From a virus (Duplodnaviria > Caudoviricetes), in IMG/VR virus record IMGVR_UViG_3300037751_000355, positions 1 to 57,582 of that record: a stretch of DNA of 57,582 bases, one strand, 5' to 3'. Shown piece by piece: positions 17,159 to 26,780 of the stretch. The stretch's first letter is position 1. Each line of letters begins with the position of its first letter. Made by a program: the position numbers and the translations under genes. The notes beneath the pieces are model-generated. The model had not been told where the DNA came from. It did no database searches and was given only the letters and a program-made list of their open reading frames with translations.

Positions 17159-18888
17159 GTGAGCTTACGATTACTCCCGGAGGGGATGAGTGGAAGAACC
17201 TCCGGAAGTTGTGTACCGAGACGCTTCCCGGGAAGAGGTCGGCTCTATACTTCCTTAATGCGAAGGTGAGGGGCCTCGAAACTGTCGTTCCTATGACTTA
17301 TCGGGCGCATCTCGCGATGTGTCTTTTCTCGGAGGACGCCACCGGCATCCCCGAGATTGACTCCGCACGCATCAAACTCATCCTCGTTCCCCGAGGTGTG
17401 GGGAAGTCAAGCATGATAACCAAGGGGCTTCCGATCCTTCGAGTTCTTCGAGATCCTGAGTACGCCACCGGAATTGCTAACGAAACCGCCGAACTCGCTT
17501 CGACGTTCCTCCAAGACATTAAGGCGGAATTTGAGTCGAATCAACTCCTTCAAATCCTCTTCCCCGAAGTTATTCCCGACGATTTCCGAGCGACGGTGTG
17601 GAAAGCGGATCGGATTATCACGAAGCGGAAGAAGTCTAATCCTACGTCTCCTACGGTACTAGCGACGGGTGTGGGAGGAACCAAGACGGGCGTTCACCAA
17701 AACGAGTGGATTGGGGACGACCTTTTGAGCCAAAACGCCGCCGAGGCCGCTTATCGGGGGAACGCGGCCGAGATCGAAGCCACGAACCGCTGGATCACGC
17801 GTCTCCAACCGCTCCTTAAGTCCCCGAAGCGCGATCCTATCAAGTTTATTGGGACGAGATGGTGGGAAGGGGATTCGTACGAGTTTGTGGAGGACTTTTG
17901 GGGGCACGAAGAGGAGCGAAAGGAGTTCCTTTGGACTCTTAAGCTTCCAGCGCAGAAGTTGGAGTGGGAAGGGGGAATCGTGGATCGTCCCCCCGAGACT
18001 CAGACGATTAAACTCTATCGGAGAGGTGAGGTTGCGGTCTTTAAGTTCCCCGCAATCGACGCTAACGGGAGGGCAATCTTCCCCGAGAGATATAACCTCG
18101 AAGAACTCCAACAGATGCAGGAGGAGGACCCCGTCTTTTATGCGGGACAATACCTCTTGGAGCCCACGGCGGGCGCCGCTTCGATCCTAGATCCCGCGTG
18201 GTTGAACACGTACGAGATCGACGGGAATGCGATCCTCTTCGACAACGCCGCGACGGGACGTAAGGAGTATCTACCCTTAAAGGACTTAACGGTGCTCATA
18301 AGCGTAGATCCCGCGTTCTCGAAGAAGTCCTCGGCCGCGAGGACGGCGATTCCGGTCGTGGGAACCGACGGCGAGCGACTCTTCCTCCTCGAAGACTTCG
18401 CGGAGCGCCTTGATTCGGAGGACGATATTGCGGCGCATGTAGTCAACTTCTACCTTCGCTATCGCAATTACGGGTGTAAGATCCCGAAAATCTTCGTCGA
18501 AACCATCGTCGCTCAGGTGGCGGTGGCGAACGCGATCCGACGCCGCTTCCGCGAGGAAGGCCTTGGAGAGCCTCCGCTCGAAGAGATCAAGAGTCACGGC
18601 CAGAAGTCTAAGGTGATGCGGATTTATGGCCTCGAACATTACGGGAAGCGAGGTATCATCTACTACCACAAGACCCAAACGAAGTTCTTCATGGAGTGGG
18701 TGTCGTTTCCGCGCGCAATCCTCCGCGATCTCCTCGACGCCATCGCCTTCCAGGTGGATGAGTGGGAGCGGATCTTCAAGATGCAACATTTCGGAGGTGG
18801 AATATCTCGGGAGGGCATCGTGAAGCGCAACGAAAAGGCGAAAGAGCGGATTCGAAAGGCGTGGGGGAGGAAGCGGCGCCGTTCGTAA
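17155..18888 (+). CDS. terL: Terminase large subunit
   Basis: PRGVGKS Walker A, IGDDL Walker B, IGTRW, SVDPA nuclease motif, FPR...DLLDA. Confidence 0.92.
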   Translation: MSELTITPGGDEWKNLRKLCTETLPGKRSALYFLNAKVRGLETVVPMTYRAHLAMCLFSEDATGIPEIDSARIKLILVPRGVGKSSMITKGLPILRVLRDPEYATGIANETAELASTFLQDIKAEFESNQLLQILFPEVIPDDFRATVWKADRIITKRKKSNPTSPTVLATGVGGTKTGVHQNEWIGDDLLSQNAAEAAYRGNAAEIEATNRWITRLQPLLKSPKRDPIKFIGTRWWEGDSYEFVEDFWGHEEERKEFLWTLKLPAQKLEWEGGIVDRPPETQTIKLYRRGEVAVFKFPAIDANGRAIFPERYNLEELQQMQEEDPVFYAGQYLLEPTAGAASILDPAWLNTYEIDGNAILFDNAATGRKEYLPLKDLTVLISVDPAFSKKSSAARTAIPVVGTDGERLFLLEDFAERLDSEDDIAAHVVNFYLRYRNYGCKIPKIFVETIVAQVAVANAIRRRFREEGLGEPPLEEIKSHGQKSKVMRIYGLEHYGKRGIIYYHKTQTKFFMEWVSFPRAILRDLLDAIAFQVDEWERIFKMQHFGGGISREGIVKRNEKAKERIRKAWGRKRRRS

Positions 18889-18941
18889 CGCTTCTGGCGT
18901 CCTACACGAGTCTTACACACCAAATTCGTTACCCCAAGCAG

Positions 18942-18960
18942 TTGACTTCCCGTTTAACTT
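18942..18960 (+). promoter_or_regulatory. Candidate late promoter TTGACT-N7-TAACTT
   Basis: Same motif and spacing at 41601(+) and 41663(-), each upstream of a virion operon. Confidence 0.5.
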
Positions 18961-19005
18961 TAAGCAACGACGTTTTAAGCCTTAACGGAGTTCTTTCCCT
19001 CCTAG

Positions 19006-21930
19006 ATGCCTTTACTTTCCGAAGTTAAATTCGGTCCCGAGCGTAAGGAGGAGTTTCTCGCGTGGATTCGCCGCGAAATCCTCCAAACCGAAGGTGATCG
19101 TGCGGGGCTTGAGAGGACGTGGGAGAATCACCTTCTCGCTTGGAGGGCGAAGGTTACGGATGAGGAACTCGATTATCCGTATCCCGGAGCGCCCTACTCC
19201 CGCGACACCGAGATCCTTACGCGCACCGGCTGGAAAGCCATCGACGAAGTCGAGGTCGGTGAGTACGTCCTGACGCGACGAGATGAAGATTCCGCGCTTG
19301 AGTGGAATCCTGTGCTGGCTAAGCCCTCTGTATGGGCCAAGGAACTCTATCATCTCCAGAGCCAGACCGTTGACCTCATGGTCACGGCCGGACATACGAT
19401 GGTGGTGGAGAACCAGAAAGGTGAACTCAAGAGGATGCCGATGGAGGATATGTGGGGGAAAGAAGGCTATTTCATCCCCCTCATGGGCACATACGAAGGT
19501 GTTGACGCTGAAAAGCTTTTCGGGCTTGATGCTGAAGATGTCGCTGAGTTTGTCGGGTGGTATATCGCAGAAGGGTCCAAGACCAACTCCGGTAGTGTGC
19601 TGATTGCCCAGAAGAAGCCTCACGGGCGCCGCGCGTTGGAGGCTCTGTTTGAGCGTCTTGGGTTCTCCTACACGGCCTACCCCAATAGCTACACCGTCCA
19701 TGCGAAATCCATGCCAGATCAGCTTCTGTTCTGGCTTGATATGGGTGTATGTGACGAGAAAAGGATTCCGGGGTTCTTTTACGGTGCATCTCCTAGGATC
19801 ATCAAGCGCCTGTTTGCGGGGATGATCGCGGGCGATGGGCACGTAAAGTGGGCTCCTGGCGCTAACCATCCGCAGATTACCTACCATACTACGTCTTCTG
19901 GGCTGGCTGACGACTTCCAGGCTCTAGCTCAGCTCATTGGTAAGCGTTCTACCATCATCTATCGGGACCGCAGTGGTGAACCCGGCGGTACGATTGATGG
20001 AAGGACGATCGTGGCGACCCGCAAGCAGGCTTCAATTGGCTTGCTGCATCACACGAGGGCGAAGATCCGTAAGCAGCACTACAAAGAAGTCGTCGAGTAC
20101 AACGACTTCGCCTACTGTGTGACGGTCAAAAACCATGCAGTGTATGTGCGGAGGAATGGGAAGCCGTGTTGGAGCGGTAATTCAAACCTAGAACTCCCCC
20201 TTACGGCGATGCACGCCGACCCCGTCCTCGCCGATATGCTTCAGAGCTTTTCGGCGTCGGAAGACTACTGGCACGCGGTAGCGAAACGCCCCGATCGCGT
20301 AGACGTCGCGTCGGCCCTTAGGGAGGGCCTGACAGCGATCGAGAAGCGCTTCCTTAAGATGCGCCGGATCAACGAGAAGGCCTTCCTCGAAGATATCGTG
20401 CTCGGGACCGCCTTTTACAAGAACCACTGGAAGTCCGAGAGACGGCGCCGGAGGCGTTACGAGGCGGATGGGGAGTCTGTGAGTGAAATCCTCATGGTAT
20501 CCCAACCCTCGATCGAGTTTGTTCCGATCCAACGCATCCGGTTCCCGGCGTATGCGTGGAGTCTCGACTTCAACGCTCCCGGAGGCACTCCTTGGATTAC
20601 GCAGGAGTTCCGATGGAGTCGTGAGGAGTTCGAGCGCTACCGTAAGGGATCGGAGGAACTCGTTGGCTTCGATACGGACGCCGCCGAAGACGTATCGACG
20701 TGGTTTTCGGACGAAGAAGAGCCCATTCGCTCCCTCATGGAGGAGGAAGACGAGTTCGAGGCGTTCGAGGACCTGAAGCACAAGGTCTTCGAGGTGTGGG
20801 CGCGTTTCGACACCCGAGGGGATGGGACGTACGAGGACATCGTGGCTTGGATTCACCTGGGAGTCCCTGCGGTCCTTCGTGCGATCTACTTCCCCAACGC
20901 TCACGGAACACACCCCTTCCATAAGATCAACTACCTTCCGGGATACGGAATCTACGGGATCGGGCTCGCGGAGATCGACGAGTGGGCTCAGGATGGAGCG
21001 ACACAACTCCTCAACGCCCAAATCGACAACGCCCGCCTCGCGAACACGAGGATGTTTTCGGCTCCCGAGGGTTCGATGCACGCGCAGGACGAACTCGTTT
21101 ACCCCGGGAAGGTGTGGTATCTTGGGCCTGACGAAGCGATCGGGGAGGTTCGACTCTCGGATCTTTATCCTTCGGGATTCGGACTCCTTCAGCAACTCGT
21201 TTCGTTCTCGGAACTCCGTTCGGGCGTGAATGAACTCCGTCAAGGAAGTCTCTCGGGCCTCCCCTCTCGAACTCCCGCCACGTCGCTCCTCTCGATCATG
21301 CGCGAGGGCAACAAGCGTTTCGACATGATCCACACGGGGATTCGAGACGTTCACTCCGAGATGGGCCTTCGGATGACTCAGAACGTCGCGCAGCGCGTGA
21401 AAGACGATCCCCTCCGGTGGCAGACGTTCTTTGCAAACGTCCTCGGACCCGAGGACGCCGGTCGCGTCCTCTCGGTCCTAACGTCTCCGGACGTCGAAGC
21501 GATCGAAGAGGCGTTTGGTATTAGCGTTACCGCGACGAGCGCGAGCGTGAACAAGGAAGTAGAGAAGCAGTCCTTCGTTGGGATGCTACAACTCACCCAA
21601 CAAATCCACGCCGCTCTCACCCAAACGATGCTCCTTCACGCTCAAGTCCCCGACCCGATGGTGCAAGCGGTCGCTAAGGCGTCCTTCGTGTCGGGAGTCG
21701 ACATTCTCCGACAACTCCTTGAGCGCTTCGAGGTCCAAAACGTCGACGAGCACATGGGGAACCTCGAAGTTATCGCGAACTCCTTCCGCGCCGAAGGACA
21801 ACCCGGAGGCAACGCCGCTACGGGTCAGTTCTTCGACCAATCCAACCTCGGGATTCTCGGCAGCGCCGGAGGAGTCCCTCCACAAGGCCTTGATATGAAC
21901 TCCATCGCCGCTCTTCTAGGAATCGGATGA
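19006..21930 (+). CDS. Portal protein (P22-like) containing an intein
   Basis: Follows TerL; extein junction reconstitutes the portal motif PYPGA|SNL; YGIGLAE, N..IDN, RTPAT motifs. Confidence 0.88.
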   Translation: MPLLSEVKFGPERKEEFLAWIRREILQTEGDRAGLERTWENHLLAWRAKVTDEELDYPYPGAPYSRDTEILTRTGWKAIDEVEVGEYVLTRRDEDSALEWNPVLAKPSVWAKELYHLQSQTVDLMVTAGHTMVVENQKGELKRMPMEDMWGKEGYFIPLMGTYEGVDAEKLFGLDAEDVAEFVGWYIAEGSKTNSGSVLIAQKKPHGRRALEALFERLGFSYTAYPNSYTVHAKSMPDQLLFWLDMGVCDEKRIPGFFYGASPRIIKRLFAGMIAGDGHVKWAPGANHPQITYHTTSSGLADDFQALAQLIGKRSTIIYRDRSGEPGGTIDGRTIVATRKQASIGLLHHTRAKIRKQHYKEVVEYNDFAYCVTVKNHAVYVRRNGKPCWSGNSNLELPLTAMHADPVLADMLQSFSASEDYWHAVAKRPDRVDVASALREGLTAIEKRFLKMRRINEKAFLEDIVLGTAFYKNHWKSERRRRRRYEADGESVSEILMVSQPSIEFVPIQRIRFPAYAWSLDFNAPGGTPWITQEFRWSREEFERYRKGSEELVGFDTDAAEDVSTWFSDEEEPIRSLMEEEDEFEAFEDLKHKVFEVWARFDTRGDGTYEDIVAWIHLGVPAVLRAIYFPNAHGTHPFHKINYLPGYGIYGIGLAEIDEWAQDGATQLLNAQIDNARLANTRMFSAPEGSMHAQDELVYPGKVWYLGPDEAIGEVRLSDLYPSGFGLLQQLVSFSELRSGVNELRQGSLSGLPSRTPATSLLSIMREGNKRFDMIHTGIRDVHSEMGLRMTQNVAQRVKDDPLRWQTFFANVLGPEDAGRVLSVLTSPDVEAIEEAFGISVTATSASVNKEVEKQSFVGMLQLTQQIHAALTQTMLLHAQVPDPMVQAVAKASFVSGVDILRQLLERFEVQNVDEHMGNLEVIANSFRAEGQPGGNAATGQFFDQSNLGILGSAGGVPPQGLDMNSIAALLGIG
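19192..20181 (+). mobile_element. 330-aa intein with LAGLIDADG homing endonuclease; begins with Pro
   Basis: Block A PYSRDTEILT, block B VTAGH, LAGLIDADG motifs GWYIAEGS and AGMIAGDG, block F AYCVTV, block G WSGN|S. Confidence 0.92.
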
Positions 21931-22148
21931 CCTCTCGCGTCCATTGCATCTCGTGTGGGGGGACTTTCGAGTCGTGCCAGCGTCACGAGCGCCTCGCGTG
22001 CGCGGGAGTCTTCCTGAGTGATCCTAAACCCACCAGAGAGCCTCCGGCGTCGGAGGACCTCGTAGAACTCGTCATGAGCCGTCTCGGAAAAGAACTCGAA
22101 GTAGTTATCCGAAAGGCGTTGCGTGATCTTCTTCTAGGAAGACGATGA
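21927..22148 (+). CDS. Hypothetical protein
   Basis: ATGA overlaps on both sides. Confidence 0.55.
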   Translation: MTSRVHCISCGGTFESCQRHERLACAGVFLSDPKPTREPPASEDLVELVMSRLGKELEVVIRKALRDLLLGRR

Positions 22149-22543
22149 GCCTCCTCGCACCCCTCCGGAAGCTCTTCGCGCCCCCTAAGGCGTCCTCTAG
22201 GACCCCCGAAGGCTTCCCAATCCCCTACGGCCTCACTCCCGAGGAATACGCACTCCTCCGCTCCCACATAAAGGAGCGAGAGTGGGAAATCTATGTAAAG
22301 GCTCTTGACTCCGCGCTTAGATTTCATGCAGAGAAATTGATTCAAACTTCGTCTAATGAAGCTTTGCACTTTTCTCGTGGTTTCATCTCTGGCCTTCGAC
22401 GTGCGGCCGGGGTTGTTAGCGAAATCGAAGCCGCAGAACGAAGCTTTAACGAAAACCTAAAACGCCAAGAGAATGTCCGAAAGCGATCCGACACAAGTCT
22501 CTACGGAACTCCCGCCTTCCGACGCACCTCCCGAGACGACTGA
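22145..22543 (+). CDS. Hypothetical head-region protein
   Basis: Usual position between portal and scaffold; ..RGFISGLR motif. Confidence 0.6.
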   Translation: MSLLAPLRKLFAPPKASSRTPEGFPIPYGLTPEEYALLRSHIKEREWEIYVKALDSALRFHAEKLIQTSSNEALHFSRGFISGLRRAAGVVSEIEAAERSFNENLKRQENVRKRSDTSLYGTPAFRRTSRDD

Positions 22544-23300
22544 AGCTCCGGCTCCACGTCTTCGGGGAAGCGATCTTCGCTACTCCGACGAGGATGACGT
22601 CCCTACGTGGGCGCGGGGGAAGACCTCAGACGAGATTCTAGCGACCGCCTCGGACCTCTACGCCGCACTCCAACGACCTCAGACCACGCCACTTGAAAAT
22701 CCCCCTTCGGTTTCTTCTCCTCCCGTGACTACTTCTTCCGACCTCCCTACGGTAGACTCTAATCTAATCTACTCAGACCCTAACGAATATCACCGTCAGA
22801 TGGAGCGTCGGACGGAAGCCCTCGTGGAGAAGCGACTCGCGAACGCCGAACGCTTGGTTATGACTCCGATGGCCTCGATGGCGCGGACTCAGGCCCAGGC
22901 GAATCCGAAGCGTAAGGATGTGTGGGAGCGTTACGCCCCGGAGATCGAGGCGATCGTTGCACGCCTTCCCGACGCTGCGAAGGCGCGCCCCGACATTTGG
23001 GACGAGGCCGCTCGTATGGTCGCGGGGGAGCACCTCGACGACATCGCTCAGGCGAGAGCGGAGGCGATTATCGCGAGGGGACGCGATTCCGGAAGCCTCG
23101 GGACGCAGGGTGGAAGCCCGAATGAGCCCATCTCGACTCCTTCGCCTCTCCGGAAACTCTTCGAAGATCGCCACATCGCGGTTAAGGGTTTCATCTCAGA
23201 CGACATCCCTCTCTCGAAGGTCCGCGAGCACTACACGAAGATGGGTTACAAGACTGACGAAGAGATCGCGAACCTCCTGACCGCACGAGTTAGCGCATGA
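22473..23300 (+). CDS. Probable capsid scaffolding protein
   Basis: Pro/Glu-rich disordered N-terminus, helical core, upstream of capsid genes. Confidence 0.65.
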   Translation: MSESDPTQVSTELPPSDAPPETTEAPAPRLRGSDLRYSDEDDVPTWARGKTSDEILATASDLYAALQRPQTTPLENPPSVSSPPVTTSSDLPTVDSNLIYSDPNEYHRQMERRTEALVEKRLANAERLVMTPMASMARTQAQANPKRKDVWERYAPEIEAIVARLPDAAKARPDIWDEAARMVAGEHLDDIAQARAEAIIARGRDSGSLGTQGGSPNEPISTPSPLRKLFEDRHIAVKGFISDDIPLSKVREHYTKMGYKTDEEIANLLTARVSA

Positions 23301-23911
23301 GCACCCCAACGAAAGCCGAAGCCACGCCTCGCAAGCCCCTCCTCTTCGCAGACGAGCGGAGCGAGGCCGAGAAGTTCGATCCGATGCTCCATAGGGGTCA
23401 CCTAGACCCCTCGCGCATCCCGGGGTACTCCGAGATCGTCATGGCAAACGACATCTCTCGCGCTGACGACCTCGTCTTTCGCAGCGCCAACGGCGTCACG
23501 AAGGAAGATATGTATCGGAAGATTGGAGCTACCCCACGCGTCTTAGACGTTGAGTTCGCGTGGTTGCCCATTTCCGGAGCCGGGGGAGCACCCTCCGAAC
23601 TCCAGACGCGGGCGCTCGACGGCTATCTCCACCAAGAAGGTTATCGTCTCGCTAGTAAGGAAGACCTTACGTCGCGAGGTTTTGGGATGCCGCCCCTAGG
23701 GCGTGAGTCCGAGGACGGCACTATTCGGCGCGGCGCTGACGTTGCGCTTTTTGTTAGATCGGGAGAAGTATCCCGTAAGTGGAATGCCTACAAGATCGCT
23801 GAGCAAGCGGAACTTGAAGGCCGACAGGTTGCTCTCTTCACCTCGGGACGCTACGAAGCCGAAGCGTTCTCGGGAGTCGAGGACGAAATGTCAGTAACAA
23901 TTCGCAACTAA
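23297..23911 (+). CDS. Hypothetical head-region protein
   Basis: Coupled ORF in the head operon. Confidence 0.6.
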   Translation: MSTPTKAEATPRKPLLFADERSEAEKFDPMLHRGHLDPSRIPGYSEIVMANDISRADDLVFRSANGVTKEDMYRKIGATPRVLDVEFAWLPISGAGGAPSELQTRALDGYLHQEGYRLASKEDLTSRGFGMPPLGRESEDGTIRRGADVALFVRSGEVSRKWNAYKIAEQAELEGRQVALFTSGRYEAEAFSGVEDEMSVTIRN

Positions 23912-23931
23912 ATACCTAGAGGAATCTAAAA

Positions 23932-24375
23932 ATGCCTAATGGCTTTTGGTACGCCTCGGGACCTTACCGGAAGGACGAGAGGGTCGCAGGTAGCGCCTTT
24001 TCGAAGGGCGACATGCTCGCTCTTGATGCGTCTTCGAATCTTTCGCGTTTGAATCCCTTCGCCGTCGCGGCGGGGACGATTTACGCTATCGCAGATTCGG
24101 ATTCGACGAACTCCATTCGTGATAAGTGCGTCGTGACGGTCATTCAACCCACGACTCGTTTCTGGTCCCGCACCACTTCAGGCGTAACACTCCTAACGGG
24201 TGAGGAGTCCGGCGTCTCGTTTGTCGCCGCTGCACCCGGACGTTATTGGGTCAACGAGTCCGCGAACACGGCTGTTGTCGTGGTCACTGAAGGTACGGAC
24301 AAGATCGACCAGAGCGTGCAGTCGAAGGTTGTCGTTCAATTCAAGTTCGCTGACAGCGAACTCGACCTCAGCTAA
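23932..24375 (+). CDS. Probable capsid decoration/cement protein
   Basis: Small beta-rich protein directly before the MCP; GAGG RBS. Confidence 0.6.
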   Translation: MPNGFWYASGPYRKDERVAGSAFSKGDMLALDASSNLSRLNPFAVAAGTIYAIADSDSTNSIRDKCVVTVIQPTTRFWSRTTSGVTLLTGEESGVSFVAAAPGRYWVNESANTAVVVVTEGTDKIDQSVQSKVVVQFKFADSELDLS

Positions 24376-24387
24376 AGGAGACTACTC

Positions 24388-25287
24388 ATGGCTATGACAG
24401 TTCAGGAGTTCCGTCGCCTGGCTGATCCGGATCTTGATAAGATCTGGCACGAAGACGACGAGCTTTATGGAGATCAGTACTCGCGTTATCTCAACGTGAA
24501 GTCTCTCGATGAGCTTTACACCATCGAAGCCGAGATGGCTGGCTTCGGACCGCCCAAGGAGATTTCCGAGGGTGACGATGTGGAGTTTGACGAGGCGATT
24601 TCGCCGCGCGAGAAGCGGTATGACATCCAGAAGTTTGGCCTCGGTTACAAGGTGACCGACAAGCTCTGGAAGAATGATCGGTACGGGGAGGTCATTAAGT
24701 TTGAGGCCGACCTGCGCCGGGCGGATGCAGACCACACGGACACGTATTTCATGGCTGTTCTCGCTAACGCGGACAACACCACGATTTCGACTGGTTTCGA
24801 TGGTCTAGCGCTCGCATCCACCGCACACGTTCGGATGGATGGGGGTGCAGTCCAGGCCAACCGTCCTACCGCGTTCACCGCCCTTAGCCTCACGGCTTAT
24901 GAGGACGCGGTGATTGCGTTTACCAAGTTCAAGGACGAGAGGGGTCGGCCGTATGTGTCGAGTCCGTCGAAGCTTGTAACGGGTCTTGACCTCGTCCTCG
25001 TGGCGAACGAGATCCTCGCGAGCCCGATGAACCCCACGACCGCGAACAACGCCACGAATGCGGTGCGTAATGTCTTTACCGTCGAGGCGAGTTCTACGCC
25101 TAAGATCACCTCTTCGTCCTATTGGGCGCTCTTGGGTGATCGCCACGACGTTAACGCTATCTGGAGGGAGCGTCCTGTTGCTTCCTCGGACACTCATTGG
25201 GAGTCCGATACCATGAAGCGTAAGGTGACGAAGTGGACGTCGCGCGGACACGGGCGGTGGATGGGCTTTTACCTCGGGTCTACCTAA
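24388..25287 (+). CDS. Major capsid protein
   Basis: EGDDVEFD, KFGLGYKVT, GFDGLALASTAH, KDERG, P.KL motifs; strong AAGGAG RBS; followed by a hairpin. Confidence 0.88.
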   Translation: MAMTVQEFRRLADPDLDKIWHEDDELYGDQYSRYLNVKSLDELYTIEAEMAGFGPPKEISEGDDVEFDEAISPREKRYDIQKFGLGYKVTDKLWKNDRYGEVIKFEADLRRADADHTDTYFMAVLANADNTTISTGFDGLALASTAHVRMDGGAVQANRPTAFTALSLTAYEDAVIAFTKFKDERGRPYVSSPSKLVTGLDLVLVANEILASPMNPTTANNATNAVRNVFTVEASSTPKITSSSYWALLGDRHDVNAIWRERPVASSDTHWESDTMKRKVTKWTSRGHGRWMGFYLGST

Positions 25288-25297
25288 ACCACGGAGT

Positions 25298-25328
25298 GGA
25301 GGGGTCCTCCGGGACCCCTCCCCCTTTC
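25298..25328 (+). terminator. GC-rich hairpin after MCP (probable terminator or stabiliser)
   Basis: GGAGGGGTCC-TCCG-GGACCCCTCC 10-bp stem; only a short T tract. Confidence 0.6.
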
Positions 25329-25341
25329 ACAGTAGAAGAAT

Positions 25342-25590
25342 ATGGCTAACTCAGAAAGAACAACCAGACTCACGAGAGTCCTGTTTGGGCCGGAAGGACA
25401 CGCTGGTGGTGGTGGAGACGAGGCCGCTCCGATTGGTTTTAGCAACATCACGACCGCCTCCCCCCTCTCGACGTTTATTCCCGACGGATACCTCTCGATT
25501 TGCTCCCACTCCGGGAACTCCCTCGTGATTGCAGTTCGTTCGGGAGCAACGACGTATCGCTTCACGAACGCCACGGGTAGTGTGCTTTAA
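25342..25590 (+). CDS. Small virion protein
   Basis: Ser/Thr-rich, after MCP. Confidence 0.55.
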   Translation: MANSERTTRLTRVLFGPEGHAGGGGDEAAPIGFSNITTASPLSTFIPDGYLSICSHSGNSLVIAVRSGATTYRFTNATGSVL

Positions 25591-25916
25591 TGAGCACTTT
25601 TCGTTCGGACCTTTTCGGAGGTGTTTCGGGCAACACGAGCACTATCTATCTCGTAGCCGATGCGGCCGAGATGACGCTCTTTTATGACGTGGACTCAGCG
25701 ACGTCGCTTGAGATCCACGGCTCGAACGCCTCAGGCTTTCGTCACGCGATCCTTGAAGACGAATGGTCGGTGCTTACGACGATTGTTGGTGCGTCCGATA
25801 ATGGGCTTGTGAATATCGAGCCTGGGTTTCGCTGGGCGCGCGTCGTTCGAGAGAGTGATACATCGCTTCCGAGCGCGGTCTTACATGGGCGGAACGTCGT
25901 CCGAGGACACGGTTGA
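25590..25916 (+). CDS. Small virion protein
   Basis: TAATG overlap; beta-rich, FRWARV motif. Confidence 0.6.
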   Translation: MSTFRSDLFGGVSGNTSTIYLVADAAEMTLFYDVDSATSLEIHGSNASGFRHAILEDEWSVLTTIVGASDNGLVNIEPGFRWARVVRESDTSLPSAVLHGRNVVRGHG

Positions 25917-26047
25917 ACATGAGACGAATTGTGATTCGCCTTAGGAATTGGTTGCACGAGAAGCTTTATAGGGAAGCGCTTCCTAACGAGAATGGAGTAG
26001 TTCGGATCAGCGCCGAACTCATAGACGACTTACAAGGGAAATTTTAA

Positions 26048-26431
26048 ATGGCTTCTTCAAACTCTTGGGCGGATTATGTCTTTGGGTACGCCTTCGCCGC
26101 TGCGTCTTGGGCGACGCAGGCGACCTTTGTTTCGCTTCATGACGGCGACCCCGGGGCGACCGGGGCGAACGAGCTTTCGAACGCCACGTACGCGCGCGAA
26201 GCGACGGGGGCGTTTGCGAACATCTCGACTGCCACTAGCGTCACCACGAATGACTCGGTGATTACATTCAACACCGACGGCGACGGCGAAACCGTCACCC
26301 ACGCGGGCATTTGGTACGGCGTGTCGGGCGGGACGTTCCTTTTCGGGGGTGCTCTCGGTTCGAACTTCGCCTATAACAACGGTGTTACGCCTGTTTTCGA
26401 TGCGGGTGCGCTTAAGCTAATCGCGTCGTGA
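26048..26431 (+). CDS. Minor virion/tail-associated protein
   Basis: VSLHDGDPG..G.NE...YAR...N...ITF...VTHAGIW...GGTFL motif. Confidence 0.7.
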   Translation: MASSNSWADYVFGYAFAAASWATQATFVSLHDGDPGATGANELSNATYAREATGAFANISTATSVTTNDSVITFNTDGDGETVTHAGIWYGVSGGTFLFGGALGSNFAYNNGVTPVFDAGALKLIAS

Positions 26432-26432
26432 C

Positions 26433-26780
26433 GTGGGCGTTGCGTGTCGCTACGTAGACCCTACGGACGTCTTCAACGATTACGTTTGGCCTCCGAGGTC
26501 TATGAATTTGTGTATCTCCAAAGCGGAGATCGACACCCGTCCTATGAGTGGCGATGACTGGACGGATCTTCTAGCGACGGCCGACGTCGATCCGTGGCCA
26601 GACGCTGCGATGAGCGACCAGGACTCGACGACGAACCTGTACGCAATGTCGGGCGCGCTCGTTTATCTGAGGACGGGTACGACTAGTTATCGTGAAACGC
26701 GCATACGCACTCAACTCAACGGCGGCACGAAGGGCTACGCGTTCACTCACTACACCCACTCGGGAAGGTCGGTGTCTTGA
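26433..26780 (+). pseudogene. Probable internally deleted lyase-like virion gene remnant
   Basis: ISKAEI...P.SG..W...SDQDS..N....ALVY.RTG..YR joined directly to a C-terminal-like G...FT..TH motif. Confidence 0.35.

Noticed and set aside
19012-21354. Long antisense ORFs (19012-19887, 20188-21354) and similar ones opposite other genes
   Set aside because: Shadows of well-supported genes in GC-rich DNA, with no motifs of their own.
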